From: Candidatus Phoenicimicrobium oleiphilum | GTDB lineage: Bacteria; Atribacterota; Phoenicimicrobiia; Phoenicimicrobiales; Phoenicimicrobiaceae | DNA: 12,115 nucleotides | NCBI GenBank assembly: GCA_039638295.1 | Contig: JBDIWJ010000045.1 | Span: forward strand, 1 to 12,115 | Direction: 5' to 3' | Part shown: positions 1-7,192 of the stretch, piece by piece | Numbering within the stretch: the first letter of the stretch is position 1 | Layout: the number at the start of each line of letters is the position of its first letter | The notes under the pieces: generated by a model | Told to the model about the DNA's origin: nothing | Seen by the model: the letters and a program-made list of their open reading frames with translations, nothing else | The model's database searches: none | Translations under genes and position numbers: made by a program

Positions 1-166
1 TTCCCTTTTTGTTTTGTCAAAGAGCAAAAAAGAGAGGATGATTTTCACAGTTTGCCTTATTAGCAAAGGATTTGGAACTGTTTTTCACACGGTCTGACGG
101 TTCTCTGTTTCACTTTTAAGAACCTGGTTAATTAAACTTATGAAATAGGATAAAGTAAGATAAAAT

Positions 167-1141
167 ATGAAAACATTACTGGAAATAAAAAATTTAAAAA
201 CACACTTTTTTACCCATGAGGGGATAGTAAAAGCAGTAGATGGAGTTAGTTTAAAGATTAATCAAGGAGAAACCTTAGGAATTGTAGGAGAATCAGGGAG
301 CGGGAAAAGTGTTACAGCTTTATCGATAATGAGATTAATTCCTCAGCCTCCCGGGAAAATTATTAACGGGGAAGTGTATTTTGAAGGTCAGGATCTCTTA
401 AAGTTGGATGATAAAGAAATAAGAGAGATAAGAGGTAAAAAAATTTCTATGATTTTTCAAGAACCTATGACCTCCTTAGATCCTGTATTCACTATAGGAC
501 ACGAGATAATAGAAACTATTCAGTTACATCAACGACTGAGTAAAACAGAAGCAAGAGAAAAAGCAATAGATATCTTAAAAATTGTGGGAATACCAGATGT
601 AGAAAAGAGAATAGACAATTATCCTCATGAGTTATCGGGAGGGATGAGACAAAGAGTGATGATTGCAATGGCCCTATCTTGCAATCCTACCTTACTTATT
701 GCTGATGAACCTACTACTGCTCTGGATGTTACTATTCAAGCCCAGATTTTAAGATTAATTAATGATTTAAAGAATAAATTTGGTGCCTCAGTGATGTTGA
801 TAACTCATGATCTGGGAGTGATCGCTGAAATGTGTGATTATGTAGCAGTGATGTATGCTGGGCATATTGTAGAGTATACAGATGTATATACACTTTTTAA
901 ACACTCTCTGCACCCCTATACTAAAGGATTAAGTAAATCGATACCTCGTTTGGATGTAGAAGTGGAACATCTTGATGTAATTCCAGGAATAGTGCCCAAT
1001 CTTCTTGATCTACCATCAGGATGTCCATTTCATCCCCGATGTAATTTCTGTTTTGAAAAATGTGTAGAAGAAATACCCGAATTAATAGAGATAGAAAATT
1101 CTCACCTGGTGAAATGTCATTTGTTTAGCAGGAGAAAATAA
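167..1141 (+). CDS. oppD: Oligopeptide/dipeptide ABC transporter ATP-binding subunit (OppD/DppD type)
   Basis: Walker [10 protein letters not shown]-loop [11 protein letters not shown], signature LSGGMRQR, Walker [12 protein letters not shown], and a C-terminal HPY domain with GCPFHPRC...C...VKCH. Confidence 0.93.
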   Translation: MKTLLEIKNLKTHFFTHEGIVKAVDGVSLKINQGETLGIVGESGSGKSVTALSIMRLIPQPPGKIINGEVYFEGQDLLKLDDKEIREIRGKKISMIFQEPMTSLDPVFTIGHEIIETIQLHQRLSKTEAREKAIDILKIVGIPDVEKRIDNYPHELSGGMRQRVMIAMALSCNPTLLIADEPTTALDVTIQAQILRLINDLKNKFGASVMLITHDLGVIAEMCDYVAVMYAGHIVEYTDVYTLFKHSLHPYTKGLSKSIPRLDVEVEHLDVIPGIVPNLLDLPSGCPFHPRCNFCFEKCVEEIPELIEIENSHLVKCHLFSRRK

Positions 1142-1146
1142 ATAGA

Positions 1147-2109
1147 ATGGAAAAATTGGTAGAAGTTAAAAATCTAAAGAAGTGGTTCTTGATAGGTAAA
1201 TCTCCCCTGGGGAAGAAGGAGGCTATAAGGGCTGTAGATGATGTGAGTTTTTATATAAAGAAGAAAGAAGTTCTTGGTCTTGTCGGCGAGTCAGGATGCG
1301 GAAAGACTACTTGCGGAAAGGTTATTTTAAGGATATTAGAACCTACTGATGGAAGTATTTTTTTTGATGGCCAAGAAATTTCCCATATAAGTCGAAAGGA
1401 GATGTTAAAATTCAGGAAAAGAATGATGATTATCTATCAAGATCCTTTTGGCTCCCTTGATCCCAGAATGACCATAGGAGCAACTATTGCTGAACCGATG
1501 GAAGTGCACAAGATTGGTTCTAAAAAAGAACAAGAAAAGAGGGTAATTGAGATTATGGAAAAGGTTGGTCTTTTTCCTGATCAGATAAACAGATATCCTC
1601 ATGAATTTAGTGGCGGCCAGAGGCAAAGAATAGGAATTGCCCGAGCCTTAGCTACTAACCCAGAGTTTATAGTTGCTGATGAATGTGTATCTGCTCTGGA
1701 TGTTTCTATCCAAGCTCAGATTATTAATTTATTGCAAGATTTACAGAAAGAATTTGGGCTTACTCTTTTATTTGTAGCTCATGATTTAAGTGTTATAAAA
1801 CACATCTGCGATAGAGTTGCAGTAATGTATTTAGGTAAAATTGTAGAGACTGCGCCTAAAAAGGAATTATTTAATAATCCCAAGCATCCCTATACTCAGG
1901 CATTACTTTCTGCAATACCTATTCCTGATCCTAAACTCAGGAAGCGAGGAGAAATCTTAATGGGAGATGTTCCAAGTCCTATTAATCCTCCTTCTGGTTG
2001 TAGATTTCATACCAGGTGTCCTTATGTCAAGGCTATATGTAAAGAAGAAGAGCCTAAGCTTGAAACTTCAGAAAATACCCACCGTGTAGCTTGCCATCTA
2101 TTTGTTTAA
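1147..2109 (+). CDS. oppF: Oligopeptide/dipeptide ABC transporter ATP-binding subunit (OppF/DppF type)
   Basis: Walker A GESGCGKT, YPHEFSGGQRQRIGIARAL, HPYTQALLSA and GDVPSPINPPSGCRFHTRC. Starts 5 nt after the oppD stop. Confidence 0.93.
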   Translation: MEKLVEVKNLKKWFLIGKSPLGKKEAIRAVDDVSFYIKKKEVLGLVGESGCGKTTCGKVILRILEPTDGSIFFDGQEISHISRKEMLKFRKRMMIIYQDPFGSLDPRMTIGATIAEPMEVHKIGSKKEQEKRVIEIMEKVGLFPDQINRYPHEFSGGQRQRIGIARALATNPEFIVADECVSALDVSIQAQIINLLQDLQKEFGLTLLFVAHDLSVIKHICDRVAVMYLGKIVETAPKKELFNNPKHPYTQALLSAIPIPDPKLRKRGEILMGDVPSPINPPSGCRFHTRCPYVKAICKEEEPKLETSENTHRVACHLFV

Positions 2110-2268
2110 ATATATATACGAGAATTGAAATCTTCAAGTTAATCATTACAATCAACTATTTTGGCTAAACTGGTAATTCTTATCATTGCTTCAATTAATA
2201 CCCCAAAATTGATCAAAATATTAAGTTTCTATTATACTGTAACATAATTATTAACCAGTTGGTTGATT

Positions 2269-2296
2269 TTGACTTTTTGCAAAAAAATGATATAAT
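2269..2296 (+). promoter_or_regulatory. Putative sigma70 promoter for carD
   Basis: TTGACT (2269-2274), 16-bp spacer, extended -10 TG-A-TATAAT (TG 2288-2289, TATAAT 2291-2296). Confidence 0.65.
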
Positions 2297-2507
2297 AATA
2301 AAGGAAAAATAAAAAAACAAAAAGAGATTTATTTAAAAGTATGGAAATTTTTTAAATTTTTATATCTTTAAACTGGGACAAGATTAAGACAGAAATAAAG
2401 GGGATTTCAGGAGAAAAGAATTCCCTATTGGTTATATTGTGATTCTCTTTTTGTATAAAACAGGAGAGGAAGTGAGAAATGGATTATTAATTAATTAATC
2501 CAAAAAA

Positions 2508-3023
2508 ATGTTTAAAATTGGCGACAAAGTTTCTCACCCAGCGTTTGGAGTTGGAGATATAAAAAAGATAGAAGAAAAAAATTTTTTAGGCAAAAAACAG
2601 AAATATTATATTTTAAAACTAATGGTAAATGAAATGACTTTGATGATTCCCGTAAACAGAGCAAAAGAAATTGGGTTAAGGCATATTATCAATCCCAAAA
2701 CAGTTCCAGAGGTATTAAGTGTATTAGGGGATAAAGTAGATAATGAAATGGAAGAAAATTATAAGCACAGGATAAAATCTCAATCAGAAATGGTGGATAG
2801 TGGCGATATCCTAAAAGTAGCTCAAGTGGTAAAAAATTATATTCACTTAGATAATAGAGATAAATTATCTACTACCGAAAAAGGATTATATGAGAGAGCT
2901 CGTAAAATATTGGAAAGTGAAATTAGTGCAGCCTGTAATATTGAAAAGAGTAAAGTAAAATTTATGATCAAAGAAGCAATTAATAAGGGAAGAGTTGGTA
3001 AAGCAGAAAGAAAAAATCATTAG
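2508..3023 (+). CDS. carD: CarD/CdnL family RNA polymerase-binding transcription factor
   Basis: N-terminal FKIGDKVxHPxxGVGxI...YYILK...LMIPV...IGLR domain, then C-terminal helical domain SGDILKVAQVV...LSTTEKGLYERARKILESEI; 171 aa. Confidence 0.9.
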   Translation: MFKIGDKVSHPAFGVGDIKKIEEKNFLGKKQKYYILKLMVNEMTLMIPVNRAKEIGLRHIINPKTVPEVLSVLGDKVDNEMEENYKHRIKSQSEMVDSGDILKVAQVVKNYIHLDNRDKLSTTEKGLYERARKILESEISAACNIEKSKVKFMIKEAINKGRVGKAERKNH

Positions 3024-3068
3024 AATTAGAAAGTGAAAAATATTTTATGTTTAAAATTAATAATTGGT

Positions 3069-3102
3069 AAAATAGTCTATGTGAAAACATAGGCTATTTT
3101 TT
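3069..3102 (+). terminator. Intrinsic terminator after carD
   Basis: AAAATAGTCTATGT-GAAA-ACATAGGCTATTTT hairpin (14 bp with one G-U pair) running into a T tract. Confidence 0.8.
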
Positions 3103-3109
3103 ATATTTT

Positions 3110-3138
3110 TTGAATTAAAATTTTTACAGTAGTATTAT
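3110..3138 (+). promoter_or_regulatory. Putative sigma70 promoter for folD
   Basis: TTGAAT (3110-3115), 17 bp, TATTAT (3133-3138), just downstream of the carD terminator. The AT-rich background lowers certainty. Confidence 0.45.
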
Positions 3139-3187
3139 ATCAATAGCTGTAAAAAGTAAAAAATTACAGAGAGGAGAGAAGTTTATC

Positions 3188-4054
3188 ATGGCCAAGATTA
3201 TTGATGGAAGAAAGATAGCTAAAGAACTTAATGAATCATTAAAAGTAGAAGTAGAAGAGTTTGTAAAGAAAAATAAACTTATTCCTAAATTAGCAGCGGT
3301 AATCGCAGGAGAAGATCCCGCATCATTGTTTTATGTTAAAATGATTAGCCGGGCTTGCGAAAAGGTTTCTATTGATTTTGAAAAATACAGTCTATCTGAA
3401 AATACTAACGAAAAAGAAATTCTTAAACTTATAGAAAATTTGAATAAAAATAAAAAAATAAGTGGAATTATAGTGCAAGTTCCCTTACCTAAACATATTA
3501 ATCAGGAGAGGGTACAAGAGGCAGTCAGCCCTTCCAAGGATGTAGATTGTTTTAATCCTATTAACATGGGAAGATTGGCTTTAGGGAAACCAGAGTTTTT
3601 ACCTTGCACTCCTTACGCAGTATACGAGCTGATAAAAAGAGAGAATATTAAGGTCGAAGGAAAACATACAGTTATTGTGGGAAGAAGTAGTATTGTAGGA
3701 AAACCAATGTCACTTATACTTCTCCAGAAAGAGCCGTATGCCAATGCTACCCTTACAGTCTGTCATTCCCGGACCAATGATTTGGCTTACTATACTTGCC
3801 AGGCAGATATTTTAATTGTAGCAGTAGGTATACCTAAAATAATTAAAAAAGATATGGTTAAAGAGGGAGCAGTGGTTATAGATGTAGGGACCAATGAAGT
3901 GGAGGGAAAATTAGTTGGGGATGTAGCTTATGAAGAAGTCTTGGATAAAGTATCTGTTATTACCCCCGTCCCTGGAGGTGTTGGACCAATAACTAATATT
4001 ATGCTGATGAAAAATACCTTGAAAGCAGCAGAAAATTTAGTGAACATTGAATAA
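3188..4054 (+). CDS. folD: Bifunctional methylenetetrahydrofolate dehydrogenase/cyclohydrolase
   Basis: IIDG start, GEDPASxxYVxxI, GIIVQVPLP, KDVD, PCTP, VGRSSIVGKP, VIDVG, LVGDV, TPVPGGVGP. SD GAGGAG upstream. Confidence 0.96.
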   Translation: MAKIIDGRKIAKELNESLKVEVEEFVKKNKLIPKLAAVIAGEDPASLFYVKMISRACEKVSIDFEKYSLSENTNEKEILKLIENLNKNKKISGIIVQVPLPKHINQERVQEAVSPSKDVDCFNPINMGRLALGKPEFLPCTPYAVYELIKRENIKVEGKHTVIVGRSSIVGKPMSLILLQKEPYANATLTVCHSRTNDLAYYTCQADILIVAVGIPKIIKKDMVKEGAVVIDVGTNEVEGKLVGDVAYEEVLDKVSVITPVPGGVGPITNIMLMKNTLKAAENLVNIE

Positions 4055-4067
4055 TGAATATTGATTC
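4040..4067 (+). repeat. Heptamer tandem array overlapping the folD 3' end
   Basis: GTGAACA TTGAATA ATGAATA TTGATTC; contains the folD stop TAA (4052-4054). Confidence 0.6.
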
Positions 4068-4107
4068 GTATCGTGTAATATTTAAAGCAAATCAGAAATT
4101 TGGAGAA

Positions 4108-4131
4108 GTAGGGGCATAATACTTCGTGCCC
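4108..4131 (+). repeat. Degenerate GTAG-type REP-like hairpin
   Basis: GTAG followed by GGGCAT...GTGCCC imperfect stem. Confidence 0.45.
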
Positions 4132-4258
4132 AAATCAAGAAAGTAGATTTCCGTTTCCCTGGGACCGACAGGAGAGGATTATAGATAGGGATGACCACTG
4201 CAAAATAAGTTTTTAAAGCCAGGTAAATATAGTGGTTTGATTTAAGAGCCTAATAATC

Positions 4259-4282
4259 GTAGGACAGGCGTCTTGCCTGTCT
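4259..4282 (+). repeat. GTAG-type REP-like hairpin
   Basis: GTAG + GACAGGC-GTCTT-GCCTGTC (7-bp perfect stem), just upstream of the osmC Shine-Dalgarno. Confidence 0.6.
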
Positions 4283-4303
4283 ATTGAAAGTAAGGAGGAA
4301 AAG

Positions 4304-4744
4304 ATGAATATACGAACTTATAAAGCCACAACAAAATGGATAGAAGGAAGTAAGTCAGAAACTGAAATAAGGGAGTTTAAAGTTAAAATCGATGAACCTT
4401 TAGAATTAAGGGGAACCAATACTGCCCCCAACCCGGTAGAATTATTGTTAGCTTCCTTAGGTGGATGTATAGTGTTAACTTATCGAGGTTATGCGAAAAA
4501 ATATGGAATAGAAATAGAGAATATAGAAGTTAATTTAGAAGGAGATATGATTCGCGGTGGTTGGGTAGATGAGAAAGACAAAGAGAGAAAAGGTTTCAGA
4601 GAAATTAGATATGAGGTAAGAATAAAAACAAAGGCTTCAGCAGAAAAAGTTAACCAACTTCATAAATTAGTGGAAGAAAAATGTCCAGTATCTGATATGC
4701 TGGTAAACCCAACAGAAGTAAAAGGAATAGTTAAAATTGGATAA
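4304..4744 (+). CDS. OsmC/Ohr family protein
   Basis: IDEPxxLxGTNTAPNPVELLLASLGGC and KCPVSD (two conserved Cys). SD AAGGAGG upstream. Confidence 0.9.
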   Translation: MNIRTYKATTKWIEGSKSETEIREFKVKIDEPLELRGTNTAPNPVELLLASLGGCIVLTYRGYAKKYGIEIENIEVNLEGDMIRGGWVDEKDKERKGFREIRYEVRIKTKASAEKVNQLHKLVEEKCPVSDMLVNPTEVKGIVKIG

Positions 4745-4769
4745 TTCATCAATTTAATATAATTACTGA

Positions 4770-4815
4770 TTCGTTAAATACTGTACGCTATCCGCTAATG
4801 GCGAGCTATACGCTT
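4770..4815 (-). repeat. Heptamer (TAGCGTA-like) array overlapping the mnmG 3' end
   Basis: Minus strand reads AAGCGTA TAGCTCG ccat TAGCGGA TAGCGTA CAGTATT TAACGAA; includes the mnmG stop TAG. Confidence 0.6.
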
Positions 4816-6684
4816 TGTTGTTCTTTTCATCTTCTCAATATTTATCATTAAAGCGGTAATATCTGAAGGAGTTATTCCAGGTATTCTTTTAGCCTGGCCT
4901 AAAGAGATTGGCTGTATTTCTGAAAATCTTTCCTTACCTTCGTGGGATATGCCATGCAACTTGAAATAGTCGATACCTTTAGGTATTTTATAATTTTCTA
5001 ATTTTTTAAATTTTTTTACCTGAATTTCTTGGCGTTTGATATACCCTGCGTATTTAATTTGAATTTCTACCTGCTCAGTCACTTCAGTGGGAAGTTTTGG
5101 TCTATTAGGGTCAATAGAAGAAGTTTGGCTATAAGTTATTTCAGGTCTGGTTAGCAGAGTAGCTAAATTTGTTGCTTCCGAAAGCGGAGTAGTATGCAAT
5201 TTACTCAGCAAATGATTTACTTCTTCAGTTGGGCGAATGATTACTTCTCTTAATCTTTCTTTTTCTTTTTCAATTAATTCTTTTTTCTTCAAGAATTTTT
5301 GGTATCTTTGTTCCGAAATTAGACCTAATTTATAACCATAAGGAGTAAGTCTCAAATCAGCATTGTCCTGTCTTAATAAAAGTCGATACTCAGCTAATCC
5401 AGTCCTTAATCGGTATGGTTCGGTAACACTTTTAGTAACTAAATCATCTATCTCTACTGCGATATAAGCTTCTGAGCGATCCAAAATTAAAGGTTCTTTA
5501 CCTGATATAAGTTGTACTGCATTTATGCCAGCTATCAAACCTTGTTCAGCAGCCTCTTCATAACCAGATGTTCCGTTAATCTGTCCAGCCAAAAATAATC
5601 CTTTAATTATTTTAGTTTCTAAAGAATATTTTAATTGATTGGGATAGATTATATCATATTCAATGGCATATCCATACCGAATAATCTTACACTTTTCTAA
5701 ACCTTTAATAGTATGCAGGGCTTCTTGCTGGGCATCAGCAGGAAGACTAGTAAAAAACCCCTGTAAATATATTTCTTCGGTATTATATCCTTCTGGTTCT
5801 AAAAATATCTGGTGAGAATTTTTTTCAGGAAATCTTATTATTTTATCTTCTACCGAGGGACAATATCTAATGGCTGCACTTTGAATAGTGCCATTTAAAA
5901 GGGGTACGCGATTGATATTGTTTTGGATTACTTTATGGGTCTTTTGGTTAGTTCGGGTCATAAATACTGAAAAATTATTATATATTTTACCTTCATTCTC
6001 AAAGGAGAAGGCCAAAGGTAAATCCGCACTTTTTTGTTCCTCCATTTGGGAAAAATCTACTGTTCTTCTGTCTATACGAGGGGGGGTACTGGTATTTAAT
6101 CTGCCAACTTTTAAACCCAAACTTTTAAGGCTTTCAGCTAGATCAATAGATGCAATCTCACCTGCTCTTCCAGCAGAATAAATAGTCTTTCCGATATAAA
6201 TCAATCCATTCAAAAAAGTTCCGGGAGTTAAAATTACTGTAGGAGAAGAGAATTCTAAACCACTTTTAACCATTACTCCTTTTACTTGGAAATTATTTAC
6301 TATTAATTTTGTTACCATCTCTTGTTTTAAGTCTAAGTTTTCCTGGATTTGAAGAGTGTGTATCATTTCCTGAGTATATAATTTTTTGTCTATCTGTGCT
6401 CTTAGTGCCCACATAGCTGGACCTTTACTAGTATTCAACATTCTTATATGGATAGTAGCTTTATCAGCATTTTTAGCCATTTCTCCGCCTAAGGCGTCGA
6501 TTTCTCGAGCTACATGTCCTTTACCTGGTCCTCCTATTGAGGGGTTGCAGGGCATCAGAGCAATATTGTCTATATTGGAAGTAATAAGAAGTGTTTTTGC
6601 TCCCATTCTGGAAGCAGCCAGGGCAGCTTCACAGCCAGCATGGCCCCCTCCTACTACAATTACATCATATTGGTAGTGTTTCAC
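4795..6684 (-). CDS. mnmG: tRNA U34 modification flavoenzyme MnmG/GidA (divergent motifs)
   Basis: GGGHAGCEAA FAD motif, PCNPSIGG, LNTSKGPA, RAQ, GTFL, RYCPSVEDK, FLEPEG, GYAIEYD, AGQINGTSGYEEA, LRQDNADLRL; 629 aa. GTG start with SD AAGGAG. Confidence 0.93.
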   Translation of the reverse strand: MKHYQYDVIVVGGGHAGCEAALAASRMGAKTLLITSNIDNIALMPCNPSIGGPGKGHVAREIDALGGEMAKNADKATIHIRMLNTSKGPAMWALRAQIDKKLYTQEMIHTLQIQENLDLKQEMVTKLIVNNFQVKGVMVKSGLEFSSPTVILTPGTFLNGLIYIGKTIYSAGRAGEIASIDLAESLKSLGLKVGRLNTSTPPRIDRRTVDFSQMEEQKSADLPLAFSFENEGKIYNNFSVFMTRTNQKTHKVIQNNINRVPLLNGTIQSAAIRYCPSVEDKIIRFPEKNSHQIFLEPEGYNTEEIYLQGFFTSLPADAQQEALHTIKGLEKCKIIRYGYAIEYDIIYPNQLKYSLETKIIKGLFLAGQINGTSGYEEAAEQGLIAGINAVQLISGKEPLILDRSEAYIAVEIDDLVTKSVTEPYRLRTGLAEYRLLLRQDNADLRLTPYGYKLGLISEQRYQKFLKKKELIEKEKERLREVIIRPTEEVNHLLSKLHTTPLSEATNLATLLTRPEITYSQTSSIDPNRPKLPTEVTEQVEIQIKYAGYIKRQEIQVKKFKKLENYKIPKGIDYFKLHGISHEGKERFSEIQPISLGQAKRIPGITPSDITALMINIEKMKRTTKRIARH

Positions 6685-6905
6685 TCTTTCAGTCTCTCCT
6701 TTAGTTTAGGTTAAAATTTTAATAATTACATTTTTTATTTTGATTGTGTATCTTAATTTGATATTTAGTTACTTAGTTAGCCATTTAATTGGTTGTTAAA
6801 TTATTAGTGTTAAACCAATTAATCAGTTAATTAATTTATATTGCATTTTAAATTTTAAACTAACGACTATTTACTATTCACTAAATATTAATTTTTGCTT
6901 AGCAT

Positions 6906-6934
6906 ATTCTAATATATTTTGATATTTATCGCAA
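6906..6934 (-). promoter_or_regulatory. Putative sigma70 promoter for mnmG
   Basis: Minus strand TTGCGA (6934-6929), 17 bp, TAGAAT (6911-6906). Implies a 5' UTR of about 215 nt. Confidence 0.55.
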
Positions 6935-6939
6935 GTTAT

Positions 6940-6974
6940 AGGGAAACAAAGGTGCCAGGCACCTTTGTTTCCCT
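6940..6974. repeat. Perfect 17-bp inverted repeat with 1-nt centre (REP-like palindrome)
   Basis: AGGGAAACAAAGGTGCC-A-GGCACCTTTGTTTCCCT. Confidence 0.9.
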
Positions 6975-7050
6975 GAGCCTAAGAACCGACTAAAATCTAT
7001 ATGATGTGCGTAATATACAAAGAGAAAAAATGATAATTTCTATCTAGTTT

Positions 7051-7143
7051 TACGCGATACACAATAAAAATTTTATTCTGAATCCTGGCTTCTGGCCCCT
7101 ATTTTCTTTGCGAGATATGATTCACGCAATACGCGATACGAAT
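7051..7143. repeat. Cluster of degenerate heptamer arrays
   Basis: TACGCGA TACACAA (7051-7064); TTCTGAA TCCTGGC TTCTGGC (7076-7096); TGCGAGA TATGATT CACGCAA TACGCGA TACGAAT (7109-7143). Confidence 0.6.
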
Positions 7144-7156
7144 TTATCGGTTTTTC

Positions 7157-7185
7157 TTGCCTGAAAAAAATTATTATGTTATACT
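7157..7185 (+). promoter_or_regulatory. Sigma70 promoter for tRNA-Ser
   Basis: TTGCCT (7157-7162), 17-bp spacer, extended -10 TG-T-TATACT (TG 7177-7178, TATACT 7180-7185). Confidence 0.75.
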
Positions 7186-7192
7186 TTTAAAT

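Noticed and set aside
1405..1626. 73-aa minus-strand ORF
   Set aside because: Antisense shadow inside oppF with no recognisable motif.
1669..1701. OppF Walker B/D-loop reads DECVSALD rather than DEPVSALD
   Set aside because: This position varies among OppF proteins, and the catalytic DE and SALD are intact.
2139..2236. Minus-strand TATAAT near 2231-2236 followed by a 25-codon ORF
   Set aside because: No -35 or SD and no recognisable product; expected by chance in AT-rich DNA.
4304..4744. Possible selenocysteine recoding in the OsmC protein
   Set aside because: Both conserved positions are TGT Cys codons and there is no in-frame TGA.
5888..6676. Two plus-strand ORFs (97 and 96 aa)
   Set aside because: Antisense shadows within mnmG.
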